Assembly (NCBI GenBank): GCA_028716485.1 | Contig: JAQUPS010000006.1 | Span: 651-64,650, forward strand | Direction: 5' to 3' | DNA from: Patescibacteria group bacterium | GTDB lineage: Bacteria > Patescibacteriota > Patescibacteriia > Patescibacteriales > WJLG01 | Length of the DNA stretch: 64,000 nucleotides | Part shown: one piece after another, positions 18,968 through 27,481 of the stretch | How the letters are laid out: every line of letters starts with the position of its first letter | How positions within the stretch are numbered: the stretch's first letter is position 1 | The notes under the pieces: model-generated | What the model saw: only the letters and a program-made list of their open reading frames with translations | What the model was told of the DNA's origin: nothing | Databases searched by the model: none | Program-made: the position numbers and the translations under genes

Positions 18968-20644
18968 CTATTCTATGTCTTCCTTGCGCTCGCGGACATA
19001 TCTCGTCCATTGCTCGGCGATTTCGACGAAGACTTTAAATGGCGCTTCGATGACGAAGTCCATAATAAAGATAAAGACATTGATTTTGGAAAATTTCTGC
19101 GACAGCCATTTGCCTACCGCCGCCACCGGAATAAAGAAAAAGTCGAGCAGGAAATTGAGCAGATTTTCTTTTTCTTCCACCACGATCAATTGCTGGACGT
19201 TCTTGCGGATGCGGATGCTGAAAAAGCTGACGAAAGCCAGGAAGAAAAGGAATATCACGATGCTCACCCAGGTAAAATGAATCTTATCCAAAACCCAAAC
19301 CACTGCGCCGAAAGAAATCAAAAAAGTGAGGGAATAAAGCAGGCTGAAAATAAAACCGATAACCGAGCCGCGGACAGAAGGCTTGCGCAGGACAATCGGC
19401 TCGCGGCGCGTTTTTTCCTCAAAAGTTATTTCCTCAACCCCGGCCACGATCCGCTTGTTGTTGTCGTTGGAGGAAACTTTGGTGAATAAAATCACCAGCA
19501 ACAAAAGAAACGGCGGAAATAAGATATTAATCGCCAAAGAAAAAGGATTTACCTGCTCGCCCAGATATTTCGTCGCCGGAATTTCCAGTAAGACCGCGAA
19601 AATCGTCTTGGTCAAGAAGATATAGATGATGCTATTGATGCCGGAACGCCAGAGCCGAGCCTTAGTCTGGTTGAATTTTTTCTGGAAATTATTTTTTACC
19701 AGATCGGAAAAAACCTGCGGCTTATTTTTGATCGTTTCATACAGCCGAGCCGGATCCTCTTTGATCATATCGACGAGAATCGAATAAAAAACCGTATACT
19801 TATTGATAATTTTGTCCAGCTGCTTCATTAGCGGATGGTCAAGTTGAGCTTCGATCGCGGAGCGGAGCGGCAAAATGCTGGCGGCGATTTTGGCGATATT
19901 TTCTTCGGTCGGATTCCACCAGTCGGCGTTATAATATTTAAAAATTATGAAACCGAGCATGGAACGGTCGAATTTCAAATAAGTGCGGTAGATGCTTAGA
20001 TAGATCTGGATCGGCAGATCTTTTTCAAAAGCGGCGAAATTGACCGGCAATTTAATATCTTTAACCAGATATTCGTAGATATCGCTAATCACCATTTCTT
20101 TCACCTTGTCCACTTCCAAAATCGACTCGATCTCGCTGGCGGCCAGTCCGATCAGCCAATCCCCCAGTTCGCGCTTTTCCGCGGTTACCAGCTTGGCCAT
20201 TTGCGCGGTAATGCCGCGAGGCATGGCCTGTTCGCGCAAGCGCAAATGTTTTTCCAGGATATTTTTGACTTCGTCGATTTTGCTCTCCGAAATTTTGTCA
20301 TTAGGCAGATAGCCGGCGCGGATCAATTCGGTCAAAAGATGGCGAGAGGTTTCCTCGCTCTCGGCGATTTTCACCGCACCCTCGATGACTAACTGCCGTT
20401 TCAGAATTCTGGCCACGGCATTTTTGCGGTGCAGATGCTCTTCGTTATAGTCAACGTAGTTGCGGATTTTTTCGTAATAAAAAGCGACTTTGGAAATCAA
20501 AGCTGAAACTTTTATTTTCGCCTCGCCCTCGCTTTCTTTGGCCGGCTGGTTCTGTTCGCGATAGACAACCTGAAAAAGCTTCCTGACGCCCAGCGTGACG
20601 GAAAGCGTTTCGCTGGTTTTTTTAGTTAAATGAGGGCTGACCAT
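18968..20644 (-). CDS. large membrane protein, hypothetical
   Basis: 558 aa: ~330-aa soluble N-terminal region, then several TM helices. Confidence 0.6.
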   Translation of the reverse strand: MVSPHLTKKTSETLSVTLGVRKLFQVVYREQNQPAKESEGEAKIKVSALISKVAFYYEKIRNYVDYNEEHLHRKNAVARILKRQLVIEGAVKIAESEETSRHLLTELIRAGYLPNDKISESKIDEVKNILEKHLRLREQAMPRGITAQMAKLVTAEKRELGDWLIGLAASEIESILEVDKVKEMVISDIYEYLVKDIKLPVNFAAFEKDLPIQIYLSIYRTYLKFDRSMLGFIIFKYYNADWWNPTEENIAKIAASILPLRSAIEAQLDHPLMKQLDKIINKYTVFYSILVDMIKEDPARLYETIKNKPQVFSDLVKNNFQKKFNQTKARLWRSGINSIIYIFLTKTIFAVLLEIPATKYLGEQVNPFSLAINILFPPFLLLLVILFTKVSSNDNNKRIVAGVEEITFEEKTRREPIVLRKPSVRGSVIGFIFSLLYSLTFLISFGAVVWVLDKIHFTWVSIVIFLFFLAFVSFFSIRIRKNVQQLIVVEEKENLLNFLLDFFFIPVAAVGKWLSQKFSKINVFIFIMDFVIEAPFKVFVEIAEQWTRYVRERKEDIE

Positions 20645-20799
20645 ACGCAGATCAATTAAAAATTAAAAGTGAAAAATTAAAAATTTACCGTAAGCGTCCG
20701 TTTACTAAAAAAATAACTCCTTATAAAGGATTTCCGATTGAATTCAATGGATTGTAATTTTGATTATATTTTAACTTATTTTAAGGATAAAATCAAGCT

Positions 20800-20831
20800 A
20801 AAAAACGGCACCCGAGATGAGCGCCGTTTTT
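20800..20831 (-). terminator. intrinsic terminator for the lipoprotein gene
   Basis: On the minus strand: acggc gctcatctcgggt gccgt followed by T6. Confidence 0.6.
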
Positions 20832-20836
20832 GATAT

Positions 20837-21310
20837 TTATTTGAGTTTGAAATTTTTGATCAGCTGCTGTTTCATCGCGTCCGACCATTTGCCCTGCCAG
20901 TCGCTGGGGATCGAGTCCCAGAAAATCAAGGCATAAACTTTATCCTTTTTTTCGGCGACTTTAATCGACTGCGCTTTAAGGTCGGCGTTCAAATTATCGT
21001 AGGCAGTCTTGTCGTAAACCCTGACGATTATCGGCTCGGCATAACCGGGCACCTGCTCGGGGTAATTGGTGTCGGCGGTCGGCACAAAAATATCTAAATC
21101 GGTGTAACCGGGAAAGGTCATCCGCTGGGTCTGATAATATCGGAACTCTTTGGGCAATGACAAATCAAAGTTGAACATTTCATTATGATACGGATAAAAT
21201 CCCTGTTTATTGACTTCATCCATCATCACCGGCTTGCCGCAACCGGTCGTGAAAAAAATTAAAAATAAAAGGGAAAAAAGAAAAAATAGTCTTTTCATAA
21301 AAAGTTTCAT
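20837..21310 (-). CDS. putative lipoprotein
   Basis: MKLFMKRLFFLFSLLFLIFFTTGCGK is a signal peptide plus lipobox. Start trimmed from 21388. Confidence 0.6.
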   Translation of the reverse strand: MKLFMKRLFFLFSLLFLIFFTTGCGKPVMMDEVNKQGFYPYHNEMFNFDLSLPKEFRYYQTQRMTFPGYTDLDIFVPTADTNYPEQVPGYAEPIIVRVYDKTAYDNLNADLKAQSIKVAEKKDKVYALIFWDSIPSDWQGKWSDAMKQQLIKNFKLK

Positions 21311-21432
21311 TGTTAAATTGTTGCCTTGCTGATACGCCATGCAACATTTAGGTAAACTTAATGATATAACAATGTAGCAATTTAACAATAAAAAATCAAG
21401 CCCGTAAGCAAGATTTTTTAACCAGCCTGTTT

Positions 21433-21660
21433 TTAGAACTTAATATATTTATCAAGCATTCCTTTCAGATGCCAGATTTTGTAGGCGCTGTAAAGGAAGA
21501 CATAGGCGACAATCACTGCCATCAATCCCATCACCAGCCGCAGCATAAAATCAGTCCAGACGATCAAGACGCCAAGGATCAATAAAACAATTCCATTGGC
21601 CACCAAGACCCAGGCCAGGTGATTTAATTTTTTATCGACGATGGTTGAAATTTTGTCCAT
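21433..21660 (-). CDS. small two-TM membrane protein
   Basis: 75-aa ORF with two hydrophobic helices. Confidence 0.45.
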   Translation of the reverse strand: MDKISTIVDKKLNHLAWVLVANGIVLLILGVLIVWTDFMLRLVMGLMAVIVAYVFLYSAYKIWHLKGMLDKYIKF

Positions 21661-21860
21661 ATTTTTTTATTTTATTTAATTATTTGACTGTGGATATTAT
21701 ACCATATTGCGGCGATGCCTGCAATTTTTTAGTTTTCTTTGGATATTTAGGCGATTTTACCAAGGATCGCTCGGCCATCATTGACATTTTATTAATTTTA
21801 TGCTAATATAATTTGATTTTGTTCTTTTCATTTCTATCACACAAACCCGGGAGGTTTCCA

Positions 21861-23165
21861 ATGATTAAGGTCGTGTTTACGCATTTTGCTCCTCATTTTG
21901 AAGAAGTTATGGCGTTTTTACTTTTTCTTCTTTGCGGCGAAAAAAAATTTTCTCGCGAGGCAAATGTCAATCTGAAATACGTGACAAATGCCAATGAAGT
22001 CCCCGGCCTGCCCGTGGGAGTCAAATTTTCCGAGTGTATTTTTTTAGGGATCGGAAAAAAGTTGACCAAAGATTTGATTGCCGCCGGAGTCCCCGAAAAT
22101 CAGATAATCGACGAGCACGAAGGCGCCAGTCGCGACGAAGATTCGTCTTTCCGCAAGCTGTTAAATCGGCTTGAGCTTGGCGAGGACAGAAAGCTTGCCG
22201 CCTGGGCAAAATCTCTTGGCTGTAAGGATTCGGGCAAAGGCAGTGACAACTTTTCCGTTTATCGGACTCTGACCGCGATTTATTCCAAGGAGATGGAAGA
22301 GGGCGGTTGCGATGAAGGTGTTGCGTGGGCGATGGAATTGGCTCGCGCGGCCATGTCTCGCGATGATTATTTTGTTAAAGGCGGGCGGAGCATTATTGCC
22401 GGAAGATTTTTCGAAAGACTCGCCTGTGTTTGGGCCTGCTATCGCGCGGGTTTTATGAACAAGCGGGAATCGTTAGAAAATTTCTTTTTCAAAGGTTGGG
22501 AGAATTGCTCCGCGTCTTTTCCGCAAACCTTAAAAAGACTCGATAAAGCTGGCGACAAAACGCTTTCGGAAATAATTCGGATGGTGGAAAACGGCAGCCA
22601 GCGTTCGCTCAGTCCGCTGGGATTACCTCGCCTGCTTTACGCTTTCTACGAAAAAAACGGCTTAGACAGAACGATTGCCGCGGCCTGCAAGGCGCTGGAT
22701 GCGGAAAAAAGGAAGCAGGAGAATTTTTTTCTCGCCGCGGAAGAAATAAAAACGGCGAGCAAGATTCCCTTGAACGACGGCCGGACATTCGCCTTGTTCG
22801 TTTGCTCGAACAATCAGCAGATCAACTGCGCCGCCCGCTATGTTTTTGAGGAAGAAGTAGGCGTAATATTCCAAGAACAATCATTCCCAAAAAGGAGCAT
22901 CCAGATTTTCACCAACGGTCAGGTCGGAATTTCGCTGGAAAATGTTTATTTGGAAATCTTGAACGAAGAAGCCAGATTGGAAGCGCAGTTCCGAAAAACA
23001 TCGAGGAAGAAATGGCATTTCCTGACCGGAATAAATGACACGCTGCTGAACGGCAGCGGATCTTATCCGGGAACTCCCGAATCGCTGATCACCAGCCGGT
23101 GGTTCGGTGAAAACATCCCAAGACTGGCGGAGTTCAAAAATGCCGCGCAAAGCCAGGCGGCATAA
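21861..23165 (+). CDS. hypothetical protein (434 aa)
   Basis: ATG at 21861 preceded by gggagg. The N-terminus VVFTHFAPHFEEVMAFLLF loosely recalls the metal-binding start of MYG1/DHH-type phosphoesterases. Confidence 0.6.
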   Translation: MIKVVFTHFAPHFEEVMAFLLFLLCGEKKFSREANVNLKYVTNANEVPGLPVGVKFSECIFLGIGKKLTKDLIAAGVPENQIIDEHEGASRDEDSSFRKLLNRLELGEDRKLAAWAKSLGCKDSGKGSDNFSVYRTLTAIYSKEMEEGGCDEGVAWAMELARAAMSRDDYFVKGGRSIIAGRFFERLACVWACYRAGFMNKRESLENFFFKGWENCSASFPQTLKRLDKAGDKTLSEIIRMVENGSQRSLSPLGLPRLLYAFYEKNGLDRTIAAACKALDAEKRKQENFFLAAEEIKTASKIPLNDGRTFALFVCSNNQQINCAARYVFEEEVGVIFQEQSFPKRSIQIFTNGQVGISLENVYLEILNEEARLEAQFRKTSRKKWHFLTGINDTLLNGSGSYPGTPESLITSRWFGENIPRLAEFKNAAQSQAA

Positions 23166-23184
23166 AAACGATTAACCTCAACCC

Positions 23185-23218
23185 AAGCTCTGTCACTATC
23201 GATGGCAGAGCTTTTTTA
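23185..23218 (+). terminator. intrinsic terminator (aagctctg / cagagctt + T run)
   Basis: Stem 23185-23192 / 23206-23213, then tttttt. Confidence 0.7.
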
Positions 23219-23318
23219 TTACAAATGCCACGAAAAAGGCATCTGAATTTGCTGTTTTACATATGCTATTAAATAAAAATTTTAATTAAGTTATTTAGGT
23301 AATATTAAATATAAAAAC

Positions 23319-23353
23319 ACTTTTAACTTTTTACTTTTAACTTTTTACTTTTT
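23319..23353. repeat. five tandem 7-nt units (actttta / acttttt)
   Basis: Read directly. Ends 4 nt before the -35 of the secE promoter. The same unit type occurs at 39113-39147. Confidence 0.7.
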
Positions 23354-23357
23354 CATC

Positions 23358-23386
23358 TTGACACTCTCCCCCATTTACTGTATTAT
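23358..23386 (+). promoter_or_regulatory. sigma70-like promoter TTGACA-17-TATTAT
   Basis: ttgaca at 23358-23363 and tattat at 23381-23386. Confidence 0.5.
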
Positions 23387-23439
23387 AATAATGTAATTAA
23401 ATAAACGCCCTGTCCGGGCTGTTTTTATTATAGAAAGAT

Positions 23440-23631
23440 ATGTTCGCTAAACTTTCCAACTACATCAAGTCGTCCATCGAAGAAATGAAAAAGGTCACCT
23501 GGCCGACCAAAAAAGAAACTTATAATTACACGGTTTTGGTCATCGGCGTTTCACTGGGAGTCGCCGCTTTTTTAGGAGCCCTCGATTATATTTTCAGCAC
23601 GCTGCTGCAAATCGCCATTAACGCGAAATAA
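23440..23631 (+). CDS. secE: preprotein translocase subunit SecE
   Basis: 63 aa, EEMKKVTWPTKKET then a single TM helix. Sits in the conserved secE-nusG position. Confidence 0.85.
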   Translation: MFAKLSNYIKSSIEEMKKVTWPTKKETYNYTVLVIGVSLGVAAFLGALDYIFSTLLQIAINAK

Positions 23632-23673
23632 AAATACTCTTAGAAAATTATTTTAACAAGGAAGGAAACGTAG

Positions 23674-23742
23674 CTCGTATTTCATGTCTCGTATTTGAAA
23701 AATATAAATACGAAATACCAAATACGAGATACGAAATACGAA
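23674..23742. repeat. 7-nt periodic inverted repeat (cgtattt / aaatacg units)
   Basis: Left arm 23674-23697 pairs with 23719-23742 (19 of 24 positions). Ends 5 nt before the nusG ATG. Confidence 0.75.
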
Positions 23743-23747
23743 TATAT

Positions 23748-24293
23748 ATGGCCAAACAAACTTTAAATCAAGGCAGAAGATGGTATGTTCTCCACACCTC
23801 CTCGGGTTACGAAGAAAACGTCTCAACCAATTTGCGCCAGAGAATCGAGACCATGGATGTGGAGGATCAGATTTTCAATGTCTTGGTGCCGACCGAACGA
23901 AAAATAAAAATTAAGAACGGCAAGCGCAAGGTCGTGGAGGAGAAAATTTACCCCGGCTATGTTTTGGTGGAAATGATCGTGACTGATAAGTCCTGGTATG
24001 TGGTCCGCAACACGCCGAACGTCACCGGCTTTATCGGCACAGGCACGACTCCGACGCCGGTTTCCGAGGAAGAAATAAAATCTTTGCAGAAACGGATGGG
24101 CATCGAAGAGCCGAAATTCAAGATTGATTTCTCGGTTGACTCCCCGGTTAAGATCGTCGATGGGCCTTTTAAAAATCTGGAAGGAAAAATCACCAGCATT
24201 GACGAAGAAAAAGGCCGCGTCAAAGTACTCGTCAATATGTTCGGCCGCGAAACTCCGATTGAATTGGACTTCTTGCAGATAAAAAAGATATAA
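23748..24293 (+). CDS. nusG: transcription termination/antitermination factor NusG
   Basis: WYVLHTSSGYEENV NGN domain and a C-terminal KOW (VKIVDGPFKNLEGKITSID). Confidence 0.95.
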   Translation: MAKQTLNQGRRWYVLHTSSGYEENVSTNLRQRIETMDVEDQIFNVLVPTERKIKIKNGKRKVVEEKIYPGYVLVEMIVTDKSWYVVRNTPNVTGFIGTGTTPTPVSEEEIKSLQKRMGIEEPKFKIDFSVDSPVKIVDGPFKNLEGKITSIDEEKGRVKVLVNMFGRETPIELDFLQIKKI

Positions 24294-24301
24294 ATAAACA
24301 T

Positions 24302-24383
24302 CCTAATCCCCGAATAAATCCTAATCTACAAATAGCCGCTTATAGAAAAATTAGCAGATTAGGATTTATTCGGATTAATTAGG
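24302..24383. repeat. inverted repeat (cctaatc / gattagg units), 18-bp perfect stem
   Basis: cgaataaatcctaatct pairs with agattaggatttattcgg around a 28-nt loop. Confidence 0.75.
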
Positions 24384-24422
24384 ATTTTAAATAATGGGAA
24401 TGCTTCTATCCCGCAAAATACT

Positions 24423-24857
24423 ATGGCGAAAGCTAAAAAGAAATTAATAACGCAGATCAAATTACAAATTCCCGCGGGTGCCGCGACTCCCGCGCCGCCG
24501 GTCGGTCCGGCTTTGGGCCAGCATGGCTTGAATATCCAGGAATTCGTCACCAAATTCAACGCCGCCTCACAGGCGATGAAAGGCGATATTTTGCCGGTAA
24601 TTATCAATGTTTACGAAGGCCGTACTTATGATTTTATCATGAAGAAACCGCCAGCCTCCAATCTGATCAAGAAAGCCTTGAAGATTGAAAGCGGCGCGCA
24701 CAATCCTTTAATGGAAAAAGTCGGCACATTGACTGATGCGCAATTGACGGAAATCGCCAAAATTAAGATGCCGGATCTGAATACCACCGATATCGAAGCC
24801 GCCAAGCGCATCATCGCCGGCACGGCCAGACAAATGGGCGTGCTGATCAAGGAATAA
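24423..24857 (+). CDS. rplK: 50S ribosomal protein L11
   Basis: IKLQIPAGAATPAPPVGPALGQHGLNIQEF is a canonical L11. Confidence 0.95.
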   Translation: MAKAKKKLITQIKLQIPAGAATPAPPVGPALGQHGLNIQEFVTKFNAASQAMKGDILPVIINVYEGRTYDFIMKKPPASNLIKKALKIESGAHNPLMEKVGTLTDAQLTEIAKIKMPDLNTTDIEAAKRIIAGTARQMGVLIKE

Positions 24858-24880
24858 ATATAATTTAATCGTTAAAATAA

Positions 24881-24979
24881 TTGTGGGAGACTATTTAATG
24901 CTAAATGCTAAATGCTAAATTATATACAATGATTTAGCATTTAGCATTCATCGTTTAGCATTTTGTCGATTTACCACAA
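24881..24979. repeat. 7-nt periodic inverted repeat (aatgcta / atttagc units) closed by ttgtgg/ccacaa
   Basis: Left arm 24897-24920 and right arm 24932-24962. Same unit as 28086-28131. Confidence 0.75.
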
Positions 24980-24988
24980 AACAAATCT

Positions 24989-25825
24989 ATGCCTAAAGAG
25001 AAGAAATCCGCCTACGCCAAGGCTACGGCGGACAAGGTCAAAAAAGAAGAAGTGAAAATCAAAACCGATGCGGTTGAAGAAAAAACCGCGGAAGCTGCCG
25101 AGGAAATAGTTCCGGAAAAGAAAAAATCGGCTAAGTCCGGCAAAAAGGCCGTGATGAAAAAGAAAAAAGTCGCGGTTAATTTTGACCGCAGCAAGAATTA
25201 TCCGATCGCCGAAGCCATTAAATTGGCCAAGGAGAATTCACACGAGAAATTCGACGCCTCCGTCGACGTGCATTTCAATCTGGGAATCGATACTGCCAAG
25301 GGCGAACAGCAAGTCCGCTCCACTGTTGCTTTGCCGCACGGCGTTGGTAAAACGGTCCGCATCGTCGCTTTCGTCGAACCGACCAAGGAAGCTGATGCCA
25401 AAAAAGCCGGCGCTGATTTTATCGGCAATGACGAATTCATCGACAAGATCAAGAAAACCGAAAAAACCGATTTTGATCTGGCCATTGCCGAACCTTCGGT
25501 GATGCGCAAACTCGGCGTGATTGCTAAGATCCTTGGCACCCGCGGCCTGATGCCGTCGCCGAAAAACGATACTGTTACCGCTGACCCGATCAAGGCCATT
25601 GCCGAATTCAAAAAAGGCAAATTAAGCTTCAAGAATGATGATACCGGCAATCTGCATATCACTATCGGCCGCAAATCTTTCGATAATGCTAAGCTGGTTG
25701 AAAATTTCAATGCCTTATTGGAAATCGTCCGCAAAGCCAAACCATCCAGCTCTAAGGGCACATTCATCAAGAATATCACCGTCTGCACCTCGATGGGCGC
25801 GGGCGTGAAAGTCGAAAATGCCTAA
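24989..25825 (+). CDS. rplA: 50S ribosomal protein L1 with a ~50-aa K/E/A-rich N-terminal extension
   Basis: Core (HEKFDASVDVHFNLGID...RSTVALPHGVGK...) is a canonical L1. The first ~50 aa are low-complexity lysine/glutamate. Confidence 0.93.
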   Translation: MPKEKKSAYAKATADKVKKEEVKIKTDAVEEKTAEAAEEIVPEKKKSAKSGKKAVMKKKKVAVNFDRSKNYPIAEAIKLAKENSHEKFDASVDVHFNLGIDTAKGEQQVRSTVALPHGVGKTVRIVAFVEPTKEADAKKAGADFIGNDEFIDKIKKTEKTDFDLAIAEPSVMRKLGVIAKILGTRGLMPSPKNDTVTADPIKAIAEFKKGKLSFKNDDTGNLHITIGRKSFDNAKLVENFNALLEIVRKAKPSSSKGTFIKNITVCTSMGAGVKVENA

Positions 25826-25854
25826 ACTAAACTTCATAATATATATGCAAAGGA

Positions 25855-25905
25855 GCCCCTCACTATTTTTTGAAGCATTTCAAAAAATAGTGAGGGGCTT
25901 TTTTG
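25855..25905 (+). terminator. strong intrinsic terminator (17-bp stem + T6)
   Basis: gcccctcactatttttt gaagcatttc aaaaaatagtgaggggc tttttt. Confidence 0.8.
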
Positions 25906-25969
25906 TATTTTTTAGCAAAAAGATGCTATCATTATCGATGGAGATAATAAATTAATTTTAAAAAAAACT

Positions 25970-26644
25970 ATGGCGCAAATCAAAGTTTTTCCTTTCAAAG
26001 AATCGATAAAAACCGGCTGGAGCATCGCCAGAGATAATTTCATTTTCTTTTTGCTGGCTGCAATTACTCTCATCATCTTTTCAAGTCTGCGTAATTTTGT
26101 TCCGCTCAACGCCATTAAAAACCACCCTCAGCTCGGTTTGCTGGCCTTTGTTCTTTTTGTCATCTCTATTTTCTTTAGCATCCTTCTGGATTTGGGAATC
26201 ATTAAAGCAATTTTGGAATTGCTCGACGGCAAAAAGCCTAAATTTAAAGAACTTTTTTCCCTCTCCGACCGAGTAATTAATATGTTCATCTCTTCCCTGC
26301 TCTGTTTTTTAATCGTTTTGGGCGGATTAATTCTTTTTATAGTGCCAGGAATTATCTGGGGCCTTAAATTCAGCTTATACCGTTATTTTATCGTGGAAAA
26401 GAACGCCGGCCCGATTGAAGCTTTAAAATTAAGTTCACAAGCAACCAAAGGCGCCAAATGGAATCTTTTCCTTTTTGGTTTTATCTGCGTCGGCATAAAT
26501 ATTCTCGGCGCGCTCTGCTTAGGCATCGGTTTATTCTTCACGATCCCATTAACTTGGGTGGCTGAAGTATTCATCTACCGCAAACTGACAAGCCAGATGG
26601 AGCCAATCACTCCAGTTACGCCTATTCCAACACCAACCGCTTAA
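25970..26644 (+). CDS. multi-pass membrane protein, hypothetical
   Basis: 224 aa with ~5 TM helices. Confidence 0.55.
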   Translation: MAQIKVFPFKESIKTGWSIARDNFIFFLLAAITLIIFSSLRNFVPLNAIKNHPQLGLLAFVLFVISIFFSILLDLGIIKAILELLDGKKPKFKELFSLSDRVINMFISSLLCFLIVLGGLILFIVPGIIWGLKFSLYRYFIVEKNAGPIEALKLSSQATKGAKWNLFLFGFICVGINILGALCLGIGLFFTIPLTWVAEVFIYRKLTSQMEPITPVTPIPTPTA

Positions 26645-26650
26645 ACATAA

Positions 26651-26681
26651 AACTCTCCGGATTAAAACGGGGAGTTTTTTT
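26651..26681 (+). terminator. intrinsic terminator
   Basis: aactctccgg attaaaa cggggagtt followed by T7. Confidence 0.6.
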
Positions 26682-26796
26682 GTCGGCAAAAATCAGCCCG
26701 AAACGCAAGCAAATCAAGGCAGTGTCAAGATTGCGGCATGAGCTCTAATCTGATAATATTATGATACGAGATTCAATTATTAAATCATCAAAAAAT

Positions 26797-27330
26797 ATGG
26801 ACTTCAAAAAAAATCCGCGGCAAATAAGATTGTCTTGGGACGAATTGTTTATGAATCTGGCCGTGATGGTTTCCAAACGCACTGCCTGCAAATTCCACGA
26901 GGCAGGAGCGGTCTGCGTGGACAAAAATCACCGGGTGATTTCTACCGGCTATAACGGAGCGACCGAGGGCGATCTGCATTGTCTGGAAGCCGGCTGCGCC
27001 AAAGTCGACGGTGATCCGATTACCAAGCAATTAAAACGCTGCCGCGGCGCTCACGCCGAGGCCAATGCCATCTGCAACGCCCTGGACGGCTCGCGTCTGC
27101 GCGGCGCCACTTTATATTCAGTATTATTCCCCTGCTATGACTGTATGAAAACGATCAATAATGCCGGCATCAAAGAAATCGTCTATAAAGATATTTATGA
27201 ACGGATTAAGACTGGCGGCGAAGGAAAAGAGGAAGAAAACGAATCGGCCGAACTGGCCAAAGCGCGCGGCATCGTCATCCGCCGTTATAGCGGGCCGATC
27301 TTCTGCAATTTGGACTGCTGCAATAAATAA
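26797..27330 (+). CDS. comEB: dCMP deaminase (ComEB/deoxycytidylate deaminase)
   Basis: GAHAEANAI and PCYDCMK zinc-binding motifs. Start taken at MDFKKNP. Confidence 0.85.
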   Translation: MDFKKNPRQIRLSWDELFMNLAVMVSKRTACKFHEAGAVCVDKNHRVISTGYNGATEGDLHCLEAGCAKVDGDPITKQLKRCRGAHAEANAICNALDGSRLRGATLYSVLFPCYDCMKTINNAGIKEIVYKDIYERIKTGGEGKEEENESAELAKARGIVIRRYSGPIFCNLDCCNK

Positions 27331-27338
27331 TCCTGCTA

Positions 27339-27474
27339 TTTGTCATCCCGAGCCTCTGGCGAGGGATCTATATTGGACAAATGTAGGGCCTCAAAGACCA
27401 AAATTTTTGCCACCTAAGTGATTATTGTTTGGATAATAGATCCTTCTCCGCCAGGGGCGGATCAGGATGACAAA
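27339..27474. repeat. family-1 composite palindromic element (MITE-like, 136 bp)
   Basis: tttgtcatcccgagcctctggcgagggatctat (27339-27371) and its inverted partner (27436-27474) flank a 64-nt core containing aaatttttg. Confidence 0.7.
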
Positions 27475-27481
27475 AAAATTC

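Noticed and set aside
23166-23439. Expected tRNA (often tRNA-Trp) upstream of secE
   Set aside because: No cloverleaf-compatible sequence or GTTCRANYC T-loop was found by eye in this or any other intergenic region. A tRNAscan run would be the definitive check.
25912-26115. 67-aa minus-strand ORF between rplA and the membrane protein gene
   Set aside because: It overlaps the start of the better-supported plus-strand membrane protein and lies next to a strong terminator. It has low-complexity composition.
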